This document shows positions 49,201 through 62,780 of a DNA stretch of 64,000 bases, piece by piece. Below the pieces are notes generated by a model. It was given only the letters and a program-made list of their open reading frames with translations. It did not search any database and was not told where the DNA came from. This DNA comes from Gordius albopunctatus (Eukaryota): the NCBI GenBank assembly GCA_964276515.1, contig OZ193909.1:3720001-3784000 (forward strand). The letters are read 5' to 3'. How positions within the stretch are numbered: position 1 is the first letter of the stretch; every line of letters begins with the position of its first letter. A program made the position numbers and the translations under genes.

Positions 49201-52200
49201 AATTCGTGGCAAAGGATATTTTTCAATTAAGAGGTGCTTTTTCAAATCACGGAAGTCGCCGCAAATACGGATGCTTCCGTTATTTTTAATAACAGCTACA
49301 ATAGGAGCAGCATGTTCAGCATATTTTATGGTTTTAAGATACCTTCTTTAACTAACCTATCTAATTCTTCGTCAATTTTAGGTTTTAACATATAGGGAAT
49401 AGATCTAGGGCGGAAAAAACGTGGACACAACTCATCTTCTAATTTAAGCTTTGCTTCATACCCGATTACCCCTTCCAATTTATTCTCAAACAATACCGGG
49501 TATTTTTGAATAATATTATTGGTAACAACATCATCGTTGGTATGGTTAATCTTGTATCGTTGGAAGGGTTTGTTTTGCTCCCAATCCTCAGCTAGCTGAC
49601 GTAATATGTGTGGAAATATCCTTAACCAGTCTCTTCCCAAAATATTTTGCCCGTTCCCATCAGCGACGTAAAGCAAGAGTTGGTGGGTTGCGTCTTCTTC
49701 TTGCACGATTACTCTTGCCGATCCCTTTAGCGGTATAGGCGAACCATCATAACCCTTTAACTCGGTACAACCCGGTTGAGTTGTAAAGTGAGCCCCATTG
49801 AGAGAATTAATCAAGGTGACTGCTGAACCGGTGTCAATTTCAAAAGTTAAAATACGGTAATTTACCTTCAAAGCATAGCATGGCCGCAAAGAGTCTTTTA
49901 AATGGAAATAATCTAATGAGGAAACCTGTTTGACACGGCATATCTTTCCGATATGGCCTTAGGTATGACATTTATAACACGTCGCAAAACGTAATTTACA
50001 GTTGAATCGAAGGTGGTTCCCCCACATGCGAAACATTTCATATTTGATGCTGGGTGTTTGTTAGTCACTGTATGAACGGGTTCCAATTGTTGGGTCAACA
50101 TATGGCTTTGGAATCTTCCCCGTTCCATTGATCTCGCAATATCTAATGCCCCTTTCCATGTCAGATTATGTATAATCAATAGTCGCTCCACAATCTTATT
50201 ATTATGTAACCCCGCAACGAACCGATCCCTTAGATTTTCTTCGAGAGAGGCTCCAAAGTTGCAATTTATAGATATACCTTTCAGTTTAGCAGCAAAGGCA
50301 TCAATATTTTCACCTTCTATTTGTACGTATTTGTGGAATTTATATCTATGGACAATAGCACTCAGAGAGGGAGCGAAAAAACTTTTCAAGGTGGACACTA
50401 TTTCATCGAACGTTTTTTGTAACGGGTCCGAAGGATAAAGAAGATTGATCAGTAGTTCGTAATTATCCGACCCGCATACCGTCAAGAACAGGGATTCCTT
50501 ATCGCCGCCAACTACTAGATGATAATGATTAAATTGCGAAATATACAGGTCAATATTATCAGAAGGACTATATGGGTGGAAAGTAAGGGAAGAAATCGAC
50601 CGCGCCATTTGATGAGACTTAATCTATTTATTTTGGAATCTTAACTACCAAACACGTAAAAGTCTAAATAAGTAATAGAGATTTTGTATATATAGGGTCA
50701 GATCGCGTGATGGTAGGGTGATCGCGTGATGGTGGGGTGATTGCGTGATAGTGACTTGATAATTAATATCATTTGAATAAACATAATTTGAATAAACGCG
50801 CATGGTGCAGTATACAGACGCGCATGGTGCAGTTTCAGTATACAACAATAATCGTGCTTGCTCTCCATTGATTAGGGATTCGCTCTTCTACCAATATCTT
50901 GTTAAGGAGGTTCGTCATGGTGGTGACTCCTTCTTAACGACATCCGAGCAATGCTTCCATAGGTATTCAATCTGGGCCATTTGCTTTTCCTTTTTGCATC
51001 TTATTCATTTGTGTCCTAATTTCATCCTCCTGGAAGAGTTCGACCATACTTATATTTAGCTCAATTTCGGGAAGGAAATCCTTGTCATTTGCAATATTCA
51101 TAAGTTTCTTAAAATATCCTTTCCACCTTTCCATCACTTCTTTCGGCTTGAATAAGGTTTGATCCTTTTAGCTTTTGATTATTTTAAGAACTCCGACATC
51201 GCGACTTTTCTTCTCCCTTATCTTGGCCAATTTGTACATAGGCCTATCGTCCCCTTTATGATCCAGTTTGTTTGCCATCTCGGTGTACGCGGCATTCTTT
51301 GCTTTTGCAACGGCCTTTTTTGCGGCCCTCTTTGCGTAGCCGTACTCTTGATAATCCTCCGACTTTTTTGATTTATGCCACCATCTATATAGATTTTTCT
51401 TTCTTTTGATGAAATCTTTAACCGATTGATCCGACCACCGTAGTTCCCTATTCATAACTTTGTCTCCTCTGGTCTGTCCTAGAAGACGAATCGCTGTTTC
51501 CTAAATGTCCTTAGATAGCGTCTCCCAATCGTTGTCTACGTCCCTTTGCAACTTCCTTGCAACCAAGAGTGGGCAGGCTTTTTGATCGTATTATTTGTTC
51601 GTTGACGTATCCTTTAGCCTTTCGTATCGAATTAGAGGTTCATAGACCTTTCTTCCTTCGGGAAATACTCTTCTAGATTCATAACAAGGGGACGATGTTG
51701 CCTGGCGATTTCTTCTCCCGATATTACTTTGCAATCATTGATACTCCATAATTCCTTTCGCCGTATAAGCAAATATTCGATTTGACTAAAATGCTTCCCA
51801 CTTCTATAGGTCACAATATGATCTTCGCGCTTTTGAAATAGGTGTTAGCGATCGCCATGTCATATGCTTGGGATACTTGGAGAAGTTTTTCCCCTTCTTT
51901 GTTCTTCAGACCATGCCCATAGACTCCATGATTGCGTTCATACCCGAGGCAATGTTTCCCAACGTGAGCGTTGAAATCTGCCCCCAATAATTAGCCTTTC
52001 TTCCTGTCCTATTCCTTGTATTTCCTTTTCAAATGGAGCGAAGAAAATGTCTTTCTCTGATTCCAAACATCCAATTTGGGGAGCATACGCGCACATAACG
52101 GTTAGGAGGCCCCGTTGATCTGCAATCTTCACCCACATTAGCCTGTCGGAACAACGCTTTACTTCCACCACCTTGTCCTTGAACGATTCACTTAGAACGA

Positions 52201-52627
52201 TACCGACCCCGTTTCTACGATTTGATGACCCACTGTAGAAAAGCTTGTATCCTTCTCCTAATTCCCGAGCTTTCGTTCCGTTCCACCTCGTCTCTTGTAG
52301 GCAGGCGATGTGTACCTTTCTTCTTTTTAGCATCTGTGCGACCTTGATGCTCTTCCCCGTCAACGTTCCCATATTCCAGCACGTAATTCGCATTCTTTCC
52401 ACAACTAGTTTCCTTAACCGCCTTTGTTGTGAGTTAGGCAGTAACCTTAGTGTATTTTTCACATTACACGGGCGGGGTATACAATGCGCGTCGTTTTTGG
52501 AGGACGCCCTAGCCTTTTCTTGTAAAATCTTGTTTGAAACTATCATAATTTTGGAGTTGGTTTTTATAGCCGGTTTCTAACCAAACGCCAACCCTACACA
52601 TTTTGCACACGGACTTGGTACCGTCGC
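46207..52627 (-). mobile_element. RTE-clade LINE (relative of the 24113-27129 copy) interrupted by a Gypsy element; RT core deleted
   Basis: APE ORF 51938-52546 closely parallels 24196-25308. C-terminus in ORF 46181-46714. Imperfect 12-bp TSD aggcagtattct (46195) / aggcagtgtttt (52628). Confidence 0.85.
46678..50847 (-). mobile_element. Ty3/Gypsy LTR retrotransposon (gag-pro-RT-RH-IN) with few lesions; 3' LTR truncated
   Basis: gag 49913-50608; protease (EIDTGS) 49326-49889; RT/RNase H 47689-49245 (YLDD, TDAS, TDHKPL); integrase 46726-47604. 5' LTR starts TGTTGTATACTG at 50847. PPT aagggggtaggaga precedes the same LTR start at 46713, but only about 35 bp of the 3' LTR remain. Confidence 0.9.
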
Positions 52628-54627
52628 AGGCAGTGTTTTTTTTCACTTGTTTAATAATTGTAATAAATCAGGAGAAATTTTTATTTATTGGAAAAAATTC
52701 TCATCTAGACGAATTCAAAATTTATCTAGACTGAGACGAGATTCTCATAATCCACCCGATACGAGAGTATGCTACCTAGATCGAGACAAGATCGAAACAC
52801 TAAAATTTACATTGAATATAAGTTTGTTGGAAACTTATATTCAATGTCACTCAATCAATAAAAGACTGTAATAAACATTTTAATATACGATACATTGAGA
52901 AATTATTTAATTATTAGCCATAAAATGTATTACAGATCATAAGTTTAGTATAAATATTAAAACTGTATAAGATAATCACAAAATTTTAGTAAGTTTAGTC
53001 ATTTTAACAGAGATGGGAGAGACTTTTGCCATTCAATGTGTTCGCTTTTCTGCTTAGAGGTAACAAAAGGTTTTATAATATAATTAACATGTTTTATTAT
53101 ATTTAAAATTAATTAATAAATTGCGGGTTTGTTAATAATTTGAAGAAGATAATATAGGGATAAATATAATTAAATTGTCCATAGATGGCTCTAATGTACT
53201 TTTAATTTGATTTTAATAATTTGAATGTAAGTTCGTTTTAAAAAGACCTGTTGAGAATCAATAACAGTATTATTATTAGTATCTACCTTGGATTGTTGAG
53301 GATTACCTACATCTTAATCATAAAATTGAAATACTAAAAATTATGCTCCTAGCTAAATCTTTAGTTGTGCAACCCTTTACACATAATTTTGTAATTATAT
53401 GATTTTTGCATCAACAGCCAAACCATTTAGAGCAAGTATAACTCCTCTTCATTCATTTTAAGTTGCTTTGGTTGGTGTTTAAATTTTTCTTCACTTTAAA
53501 TGTTAATACATAAAATACCTAATTAAAATACTTAATATATGGTTGTGTTCTGAATTTAAATTTTTAAGAACAAATGCATAGTTGTCACCGGTTGATAAGA
53601 AATTGGAGGACTTGAAGCTTAAGCAATTGTTTTTTCTTTCAACGTTTTTCTTATGGCTGCGGAATTGCTTTTAAACTTCTTTCGCCTCTAACCCAATAAT
53701 ATTTACTTGACTTATATTTAAATCTTGTTATGATATCTTGAGGATATTGCCTTTTGTACCTGTGGGGATGTTTCTGTGTAGAAATCCGTAAAGATTTTCT
53801 TTTCCCCTTGTATTTTTGCTTGATGCAAGATATTATTTCAAAATGTCCACAAAATTTTATTCTATGGCAAAATAGAATTTGAAAACCGGATCCTAGATCT
53901 AGACAAAAATTTTGATGTCGAGGCGAGACGATACGAGATTTTTTCGGCGAGATCTCGGCTCAAATTTTTATAGGGATTATAAAATTTTAGTAAATTTAAA
54001 AGTGTATTTTTATATTTTTATTTTGAATGTTTCACAGGTATTAGATGTAAATATTAAATGTAAATTAATATTATTGAATATATTTGATATTAAAAAGGCA
54101 CCCAAGTTTAGTAAATCTTACTTATTTTTTTTTAATTTTGGTAATTTTAGTTCATTTACCTAAGTAGGAGTGGCCCTTAGGGTACGTGAATAATTTAATA
54201 ATATATTTGTCTCCTAGCATTATTATATATTACCAAATTTTGGGCTTTGAATAAGATCTGATGGGCTATTAAATATTACTAAAGCATTTTAAATTTTGCT
54301 ATATCTCATTTTGCCTGATGTGGTGATATTAAATAAAATTGGTGGTCAATTGTTTAAATAATTATACAACAAAAGCTAAAATGGCTCGAGATATTTAAGC
54401 CCCCTAGCGTTTAAAAGTATATTCGAATGTTCGATGACACCGTAATAAATTAAATTATGAGTTTTCTATCAGCTTTTATAACTCCTAAATTTTTGGACGT
54501 TACAAGATATTAGGTGATGAATACATTTTTTGTCATGTGCATTACTTTTCACATTCGGGGTTGGCATGTGCATTTGAATTTACTACAAGTTTTATAACTG
54601 TGGCAATTTTGCAACACGATCTATACT

Positions 54628-54827
54628 NNNNNNNNNNNNNNNNNNNNNNNNNNNNNNNNNNNNNNNNNNNNNNNNNNNNNNNNNNNNNNNNNNNNNNNNN
54701 NNNNNNNNNNNNNNNNNNNNNNNNNNNNNNNNNNNNNNNNNNNNNNNNNNNNNNNNNNNNNNNNNNNNNNNNNNNNNNNNNNNNNNNNNNNNNNNNNNNN
54801 NNNNNNNNNNNNNNNNNNNNNNNNNNN
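54628..54827. other. Assembly gap (200 N)
   Basis: Run of exactly 200 Ns, typical of an arbitrary-size scaffolding join. Confidence 0.98.
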
Positions 54828-57800
54828 AGTCAACAGAGCGCACTTAAAGTATGTTCAAAATGTTAAGGTAATACCGAGTGAAATATTGACCTGCCAACAC
54901 AAGCTGTTGGTGATGGACTTTATATTAAAGGGCCTTAAATAGCAAAAAGTTTAAAGAGTAGCCGCTACTATACAATGGGGGAAACTAAAGGATAATATTC
55001 AACATTTTCAGGAACAAGTAATTAAACTTGCTGAATTTAAGGAAAATACTTCATGTGAGAATCAATGGAATGGTATAGCTGCCACAATGCGAAAAGCGGG
55101 ACGACAAATACTAGGTGAAAGCAAGCCCACTAAAATAATTCTCAACGAAACGTGGTGGTGGAATGAAGAAGTGCAAAAATGTATCAAGGAAAAGAAGAGA
55201 TTGTACAAAGTTTGGTATAAAAGTAAGGATAGTGATGATAAGCAAGCTTACCAAGTAGCTAAAAGATCGGCTAAAAAATTCGTAGCCAAAGCTAAAAACA
55301 AGGTGTACGACGATATAAATGTAAAACTAAACTCAAAGGAAGGAGAAAGATTGATCTACAAAATCGCAAAGTCAAGGGCCCGAAATTCTAAAGATTACCT
55401 AGAATGCCGGCTAATTAAGGGTCAAAAGGGAGAAATACTAACACATGATAGCCATATACTACAAAGATGGTACGACTATTATAGCGATTTATCAATTGAA
55501 AAGGGGCCTGTAGTCGAAGACACTAACCAGGAAAATACAATAGGAGAATTAAACACAACGGACTGGATCACGGAAACGGAAGTGAAAGTTGCTATGAGTA
55601 AACTAAAGTTAAGAAAAGCTCTTGGACCCGGCAATATACCGATTGAAGGCTTCAAAGCGTTAGGCAATACTGGTACACAATTCCTCGCCAACCTTTTCAA
55701 CAATATCTTGAAAACGGGTGTAATGCCTAACGAGTGGAGGGATAGCTACATGATCCCGATATACAAGTAGAAGGGGACATTCAGGATTGCAACAATTACA
55801 GAGGGATAAAGCTTATGAGCCACACTTTCAAGGTGTGGGAGAAAGTGATAGAAAAACGGCTTCGGAGTTTGGTTCAAATTCGAGATAACCAATTCGGATT
55901 TATGCCGGAGAGGTCTACAGCAGACGCCCTAAACACTGTTAGAAGATTAATGGAACGGTTTAAAGAAAGGGAAGAGGATTTCCACATGTGTTTCATCGAT
56001 CTTGAAAAAGCTTTTGATAAAGTTCCTCGTAATTTAGTTTGGAAATGTCTTGAAGAAAACAATGTGCCACAAGTATACGTCAGAGCAATAAAATATATGT
56101 ACAAGGGAAATAGAACGTACGTTAGAACAACGGTTGGGACTACAAAAGGCTTTGCCATCAACACTGGAGTTCATCAAGGTTCAGCTCTTAGTCTCTTCCT
56201 ATTCATAATGATAATGGATAATATTACCAAGGATTTGGGCGAGGAAGCTCCATGGGCAATGATCTTTGCAGACGATATAATCCTATGTGCCAAAAGCGAA
56301 CAAGAATTGGCTAACACTGTAAATAGATGGATAAATGCAATAGAAGAAAGTGGTCTCAGGGTAACTAGAAAAAAAAACAGAATACATGAAGACAAAGTTT
56401 AAATCGGATGAAAATCAGCGAAGTGCATCCCTTAGTTTAGGCGATTGGCAACTTACAAGCGTGGATTCCTTCAAATATTTAGGATCAAAACTTCAAACGG
56501 ATGATGGAATGGATAAAAAATCCAAGCAAGGATAAATTCCGGATGTAAATTGTTGAATAAATTAAACATTTATAAATAAGTTTATTTGTCAATATTTTTA
56601 AGAAAAGTTGCATACAGATTAAATTTAAATCAAGAAGTTTGATGCGGTTTAAAGTTTTTGTCCAGAAAAGTAAGGATTATTTATCAGACTTAACGTAGGG
56701 CCCAAAATTAAATACATAGGACTTTTTAACCTCTTGAAATACAAAAGTGTAATGGGAATTGTATTAATTATCATTCAATGGCTACAATACTTGACGTCGT
56801 CAATTGTTACACTACAAATATTGAGATAAATACTAACAAGTTAGCATAGATATGACAAAACATATATTTTATATTGCTATTGCTACAAATTTAAGAGCGT
56901 TAGAAATATGTATGGACCTTAATTTTTGGTATGGTGCAAGTTTGGATCTAAACCATATTCTTCTTACAACTTTATATAACAATCCATAAATCCCTTAATA
57001 TCTATCCAATTATTCCAAATTAAGACATACTACATTTGCCTCATAAAGATTTACACTTCAAATCACTTAACCAATCTATTCAATTCAATATAACCAATAT
57101 AAAAAAATTGCCATCAATCCACTTTATCCACTATGGCATCTATTCCTATTCACATTGCATCCAACACATGCAAGTGTCTATCCCCCAAAGTTTCAGCTCG
57201 ACAACATCAAGAAGTCCAAACATTCAAACAACAATCAAACAAATTACTGAGAAAGACTCACAACCACACCCATTATTTTCAACTTGATCCCTACTATTCC
57301 AAGCAAACATTAATTTACTCAGAAACTCTTCACAAAAAAACAAACAATTACCTCACCCAATCTTTCTCTCTAACATCATCACTACTATTCAAAGCAAACT
57401 GAACCCTCTACTTAATAACCTAGAAACCACTTACAGTATTTCAATCATTTATACATCTCTTATCACTATTTTATTAACATCCATAGTTTATTTTTTTTTG
57501 CACATATCTAGACCTAAAATTATATACCCAAAAATTAAAAATTATATACAATATCTTATCAGGCACTTTTTAACAATTACAACCAACATTTACAATATGC
57601 AATCTAGTATCTTATACAAAATAACTTATCTAACCAAGGTAACAAATTTTTTTTTAAAAACAACTGCAATGCCACTTACTCTATCCTTAAGGTTGTCCTT
57701 TATCCTCCCACTCATAATTACTCAGAGTCTTACAATAAATCATCAGTTTTGACATGAATAAATTCTTTTCTTTGTCTGATAAAATTCATATACATATTAA

Positions 57801-60335
57801 ATGGTCCTTTTAAAAGCCCTATGCCCCTTGTGTCATAGAAATATCTCATTAAACAAAAAGAATTGTTTTTTACAACATGGCCCTGTCACCAATAAATGCC
57901 CCTCCTCGGGGAAGCTCGCTCCCCGAAACACTACATGTCCACCATTAACCTTAATATTGGAAGATAACATTATTCTCAGTCCCTCTGGTACTGATATTCA
58001 TAATCTAATACCTCATCAAACCTACTATACCACGAATGAAAAAAATGACATGACATGGAGTACAGCCTTTTTATCTCAAACATTCCCACCAACCATATCC
58101 AGAATTCCAAGGGGGGCCCGGGCGTGCATGCAACAGTTTTTAATAAACTTACTTAACAATATTATTTCCCTCCCTCAGAACTTTTCCTATTGGGAGAAAC
58201 TATTTAAATTCTCTTTTTACATTTTATCCATTCCTCAAGACAAAGAAGCAAATATCACTCATAATATTAAACAATCAGTTTTAAAGTTCGACAGTCAAAA
58301 CAGCCCTCCAGCATATAACATTGAGAGAAAGGAATCCCACATATTAACCCCCAAACAAAAAGCGAATATGATCTCTAGAAAAATCCACGCTTTCAACATA
58401 AAAGGTGCAATCAGATTTCTTGAGGAAGACAATTCATTTTTGAGTCCTTCACAAAAATCATACGAAGAAATAGTTCTCAAACACCCCCAGAGTCTATCGT
58501 CTACTTACCTATCGCCCTCGCAACCTTCAGATATTGCTTTTAAGTCACCAGAAATTCGAGATGCCATCTTATCCTTTCCCATGGATTCTGCAAGTGGTCT
58601 CGACGGCATAAAACCAATTTTTTTAAAAGATCTTATAACACTTGATAATAATAACTCCTCGAACTTATTAGACTTATTCACCGAATTTTGTAACCTTTTA
58701 GTCAATGGGAGTATACCTAAAGAAATAACGCCCATAGTCTTTGGAGCTAAGCTTTTAGCTATTAGGAAGGCCGACAATTCAGCCAGGCCTATCGCTATCG
58801 GCGGTGTTTTTCGAAGAATTATTTCTAAATTAATTTGCTCGGCGATCAAACCAATATTGATCCCAATTTTAATTCCGCATCAACTAGGCTTTGGGGTCAA
58901 AAGAGGGTGTGAGATAGCTACCCATGCCGCACGCTTAGCCCTGGAACACCTCCCACCGGGTGACTCCTTTCTAAAATTGGATTTTAAAAATGCTTTCAAC
59001 AGCATTCGCCGCACTGCTTTCATTAATGAATTTATCAAACTGTTTCCCCACTACACCAACTACATCATTTTAAGTTATGGATGCCCTTCGATTTTGAAAT
59101 TTGGAGAATTCTTCCTCGAATCCGCAGAAGGGATCCAACAAGGCGATCCTCTAGGCCCCCCTTTATTCTGCTTGGCCATAAATCACCTAATTAACGAAAT
59201 TAACAAACACTGTAAACTTACTCTTAATGTCTGGTATCTTGATGACGCCACTCTTGTTGGAACCCCTGACAACCTAGCCCAAGCACTAGATGTAATACAT
59301 GCTTTTTTCCCAACTCTAAACTTATGTTTAAACGCCTCTAAAAGTGAAATATATTCTGACTTGGATAATATTCACCCAAATTTTTTTGACTTTGCCAAAA
59401 TTAAAAAAGACAATTTGTATGTTTTAGGCGCACCTATCGGGGGACCCCAGTGCCTTAAAAATTTTTTAGACAAAAATCTCTCTTCTTTAAAAACCAAATT
59501 AGACATTTTTAAATCTATGCCATCTCATCATTCTTTTTATATTATAAAAAATTATTACAACATTAGCAAAATTTTATTCTGCTTCCGCTCCACGCAAGCT
59601 TTTTTATTTAAAGAAGTTTTACACGACTATGAAAACTTTTTTAAATCCACTCTTGAATCAATTTTAAATATTTCCTTTAACACCAATACTTGGCTTCAAG
59701 CCACACTTCCCACAAAATCCGGTGGCCTTGGTATTCGCTCACCATCTGCGATTTCCCTAGCCGCCTTCATTTCTTCCTCTCTATCTTTTAAACATCATAT
59801 CAACGACCTTGTCCCATTCCCACTTAATCCCTCCATAAATCAAGCCCTATCCTTATGGAATGAGAACGTCAATGTAGGAGCTAATATACCACAATCATAC
59901 GCTCAAAAAGATTTGGATGCAAGCTTGGTGTCGCGGTCCGTTGCTTACCTTCTCTCGACATGCGACGCCAAACAGTATTGCAACCTTAGGTCATTGGCTT
60001 TTGACCAATCCGGACATGAATGGCTTGAAGCTTACCCTAGTAAGTTTTCGGGTATGTTTTTGGAGAATCCTACCCTGTCCTACAATATAGCCCTCCGCTT
60101 GGGCTGTAAATACACGTCCTCATACCCCTGCCGGCTTTGTAATTCACTTGTAGATGAGGAAGCACGTCACCCTCTGCATTGTAAATTTAACAAAAGCCGG
60201 TATGGTAGGCACCAAAAAATAAATACACTGCTTCAAATGTTCCTTCGATCCTTGAACTTTAAGATCCCTCTCTCGAAGAGCGGATGCGTCCGGACGGTTC
60301 GTCACTTATCCCATGAGACAAAGGCCTTTTCCTAA
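57801..60335 (+). CDS. Second copy of the CRE reverse transcriptase ORF (844 aa)
   Basis: Same translation as 10332-12866 except RPIAIGG versus RPIAICG. Confidence 0.88.
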   Translation: MVLLKALCPLCHRNISLNKKNCFLQHGPVTNKCPSSGKLAPRNTTCPPLTLILEDNIILSPSGTDIHNLIPHQTYYTTNEKNDMTWSTAFLSQTFPPTISRIPRGARACMQQFLINLLNNIISLPQNFSYWEKLFKFSFYILSIPQDKEANITHNIKQSVLKFDSQNSPPAYNIERKESHILTPKQKANMISRKIHAFNIKGAIRFLEEDNSFLSPSQKSYEEIVLKHPQSLSSTYLSPSQPSDIAFKSPEIRDAILSFPMDSASGLDGIKPIFLKDLITLDNNNSSNLLDLFTEFCNLLVNGSIPKEITPIVFGAKLLAIRKADNSARPIAIGGVFRRIISKLICSAIKPILIPILIPHQLGFGVKRGCEIATHAARLALEHLPPGDSFLKLDFKNAFNSIRRTAFINEFIKLFPHYTNYIILSYGCPSILKFGEFFLESAEGIQQGDPLGPPLFCLAINHLINEINKHCKLTLNVWYLDDATLVGTPDNLAQALDVIHAFFPTLNLCLNASKSEIYSDLDNIHPNFFDFAKIKKDNLYVLGAPIGGPQCLKNFLDKNLSSLKTKLDIFKSMPSHHSFYIIKNYYNISKILFCFRSTQAFLFKEVLHDYENFFKSTLESILNISFNTNTWLQATLPTKSGGLGIRSPSAISLAAFISSSLSFKHHINDLVPFPLNPSINQALSLWNENVNVGANIPQSYAQKDLDASLVSRSVAYLLSTCDAKQYCNLRSLAFDQSGHEWLEAYPSKFSGMFLENPTLSYNIALRLGCKYTSSYPCRLCNSLVDEEARHPLHCKFNKSRYGRHQKINTLLQMFLRSLNFKIPLSKSGCVRTVRHLSHETKAFS

Positions 60336-61612
60336 AATGGGACTACACCTGTATGACCTATTTGCTTCCTCCAACGATACTCACGACCCCCTTGGATCGG
60401 CAGAGCATCGGAAATCCTTAAAATATTCAGCTTTATCCCAAACCTCGATTTTTATTCCTATCGTCTCATCGTGCTCAGGGAAATTTGGGAAGAGCGCATT
60501 AATTTTTTTAAAGAACTCAATAAACGCTCGCCCCCTTGTAAAATATCGAATAGTTTTTTACTACGACAATCAATTGCCATCGCGATCGCTAAATCTAATT
60601 TTTATTCTTTGATGGATTCAATGCCCATTATCAAAGATGAAGAAACGGATATTGAGTTTTAATCATTTTTTTATATAAATGTTTTCGTTCCTGTATCTTT
60701 TTATTAATTCCACTCAATATTTAATACTTTTTATTTAATAAAGCATGTCAATTAAAAAAATATTTAGGATCAAAACTTCAATCGGATGGTGAAATGGATA
60801 AAGAAATCCAAGCAAGGATAAATTCCGGATGGCACAAGTGGAGGGAGCTGACAGGTGTTCTGTGTGACAAAAACATCCCGAGATAACTAAAAGGCGCACT
60901 GTATAAATCCATCATACAGCCAACAGTCCTGTATAGCTCGGAATCATTGGCTATACGTAAAAGAGAAGAGCAACGTCTTGCAGCCATGGAGATGAGAATG
61001 CTAAGATGGGTGCTAGGAGTAAGAAAAAAGGACCATAGGCGAAATGAAGAAATAAGAAGAATTTTGGGTACTACATCAATTGTGACAAAGCTCCTAACAA
61101 ATAGACTAAGATGGTATGGCCATGTAGAAAGAAGAGACGATAGCTACGTAGGAAAGAAAATCGAGATTGTAAATTACACAGAAAAACGAAGAAGAGGAAG
61201 ACCCAAGCTAACCTGGATTCATAAAATACGGCATGATATGAAAGTCCACAAGATAAAGAAAGATCTATGTAAACATAGAAGCAAATGGAAACGAATGCTG
61301 AAAGGACTGACCACCAGCCTAGGTGACAAGCAGTCATAGAAAGAAGAATTAATTAATAAAGTAACTCAAATACACCTTTCCATTAACATCTTATTAATTA
61401 TAACTTAATTTGACTCTTCTAGATTCTTACATATTCCTTCATCTAACGCACTTATATATTTTTATTTAATAGCTAACTTGGTTAATAATAACTTGTTAAA
61501 GTTCAAATTAATAAGCCTTAATAAATTAAACTGCTTTTTATTTCAAATCAACATTTTAATTAAAACTTTAAATTAAATGCTTTTTCAATCAGTATAATTC
61601 AAGTCCCTTCTT

Positions 61613-61906
61613 TTAATAATAACAATTAATTAGTTGAGTAAAACGAGCTGAAGTACAAATATTAATAATAACAATTAATTAGTTGAGTAAAACGAGCTGA
61701 AATACAAATATTAATAATAAAAATTAATTACTTGAGTAAAACGAGCTAAAGTACAAATATTAATAATAATAATTAATTAGTTGAGTAAAACGAGATAAAG
61801 TACAAATATTAATAATAACAATTAATTAGTTGAGTAAAACGAGCTGAAGTACAAATATTAATAATAACAATTTATTAGTTGAGTAAAACGAGCTGAAGTA
61901 CAAATT
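61613..61906. repeat. 49-bp minisatellite, about 6 copies (mirror of 8645-9054)
   Basis: The aaacgag core occurs six times here versus eight in the first copy. Confidence 0.93.
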
Positions 61907-62684
61907 TTATTTGAAAATTATACAAATTAAAGTCAAAATGCAAAATTTTATGCATAAATATTTATTATTTATATTGGCGAGTAAGCTTTAATATATATTT
62001 GACTTATATTAAATATAATTATATCGATTTAAATCATTGGAAATTATTAAAAATTACCTATTCAATATTTTGATATTTTGTTAAAATTCCAAATTTTTTT
62101 AAAATTTAGTTCTATATAAAGTCAACTTTGCGCTAACGTACGAAGAATTTAATGACAATTTCAATGCGTGTCCTATAGGAAGTTATGGAATTGATTGCTC
62201 ACAAAGTAAAATAACACCTTTAAAAGTATCAATGAAAAAGTTTAAAAAAAGTCATAACATTTCGATTAGAACCTAACTCAATATGAAAAATCAAATATCG
62301 TTTTTCATTTGGATATTTAAACTATATTCGTTGGTTAAGGTTTGTAGAACAGAATCAAACAATCAATTCTTTTTAAACAAATCAGAAAGGATTAAAATAA
62401 ACTTTTTTGAATTAAAAAATTTAGAAGTAGTAAAAGGCTTTCATTAGTTAGTAAATAATATTAAAACGTTTCGAAAATTAGCCCACTTCACAGCCTAAAA
62501 CTACAAATCTAGTTCCACTAAATAATGCCTCATAATCTTAATACTATATAAATTAACTAAAATTTAACGTTAATAATAACTTTGATAAAATAGACAGTTA
62601 AAAAATGTTAAATACTTTCAATAAAACACATTTATAAAAACATATATTCTTTTGTTTACGCATATTTCACATGCTTATTAATAG

Positions 62685-62780
62685 ATTGTTCGTGTAACTT
62701 GAAAGGCTCATTTGGTGAATGTGATTTTTATGGTTGGTGCATATGCCATGATAACTATTCCGGAGGCTATTGCCAAAATG
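62685..62780 (+). CDS. Duplicate EGF-like exon (mirror of 7760-7855)
   Basis: ag|AT TGT TCG TGT...TGC CAA AAT G|gt, with one synonymous difference (AAT versus AAC). Confidence 0.75.

Noticed and set aside
32382..52802. Inverted termini TAGTGTT(G/T)CGATCT(C/T)GTCTCG that could bound a 20-kb giant transposon carrying RCCD1
   Set aside because: The flanks (gttttacg versus aaatttac) give no TSD, and similar motifs recur near 53890-53960. Better explained as independent fragments of one repeat family.
54537..54866. ORFs spanning the N run, and a possible 75-nt minus-strand exon at 54546-54620
   Set aside because: The ORFs are gap artefacts. The candidate exon has no recognisable motif or partner exons.
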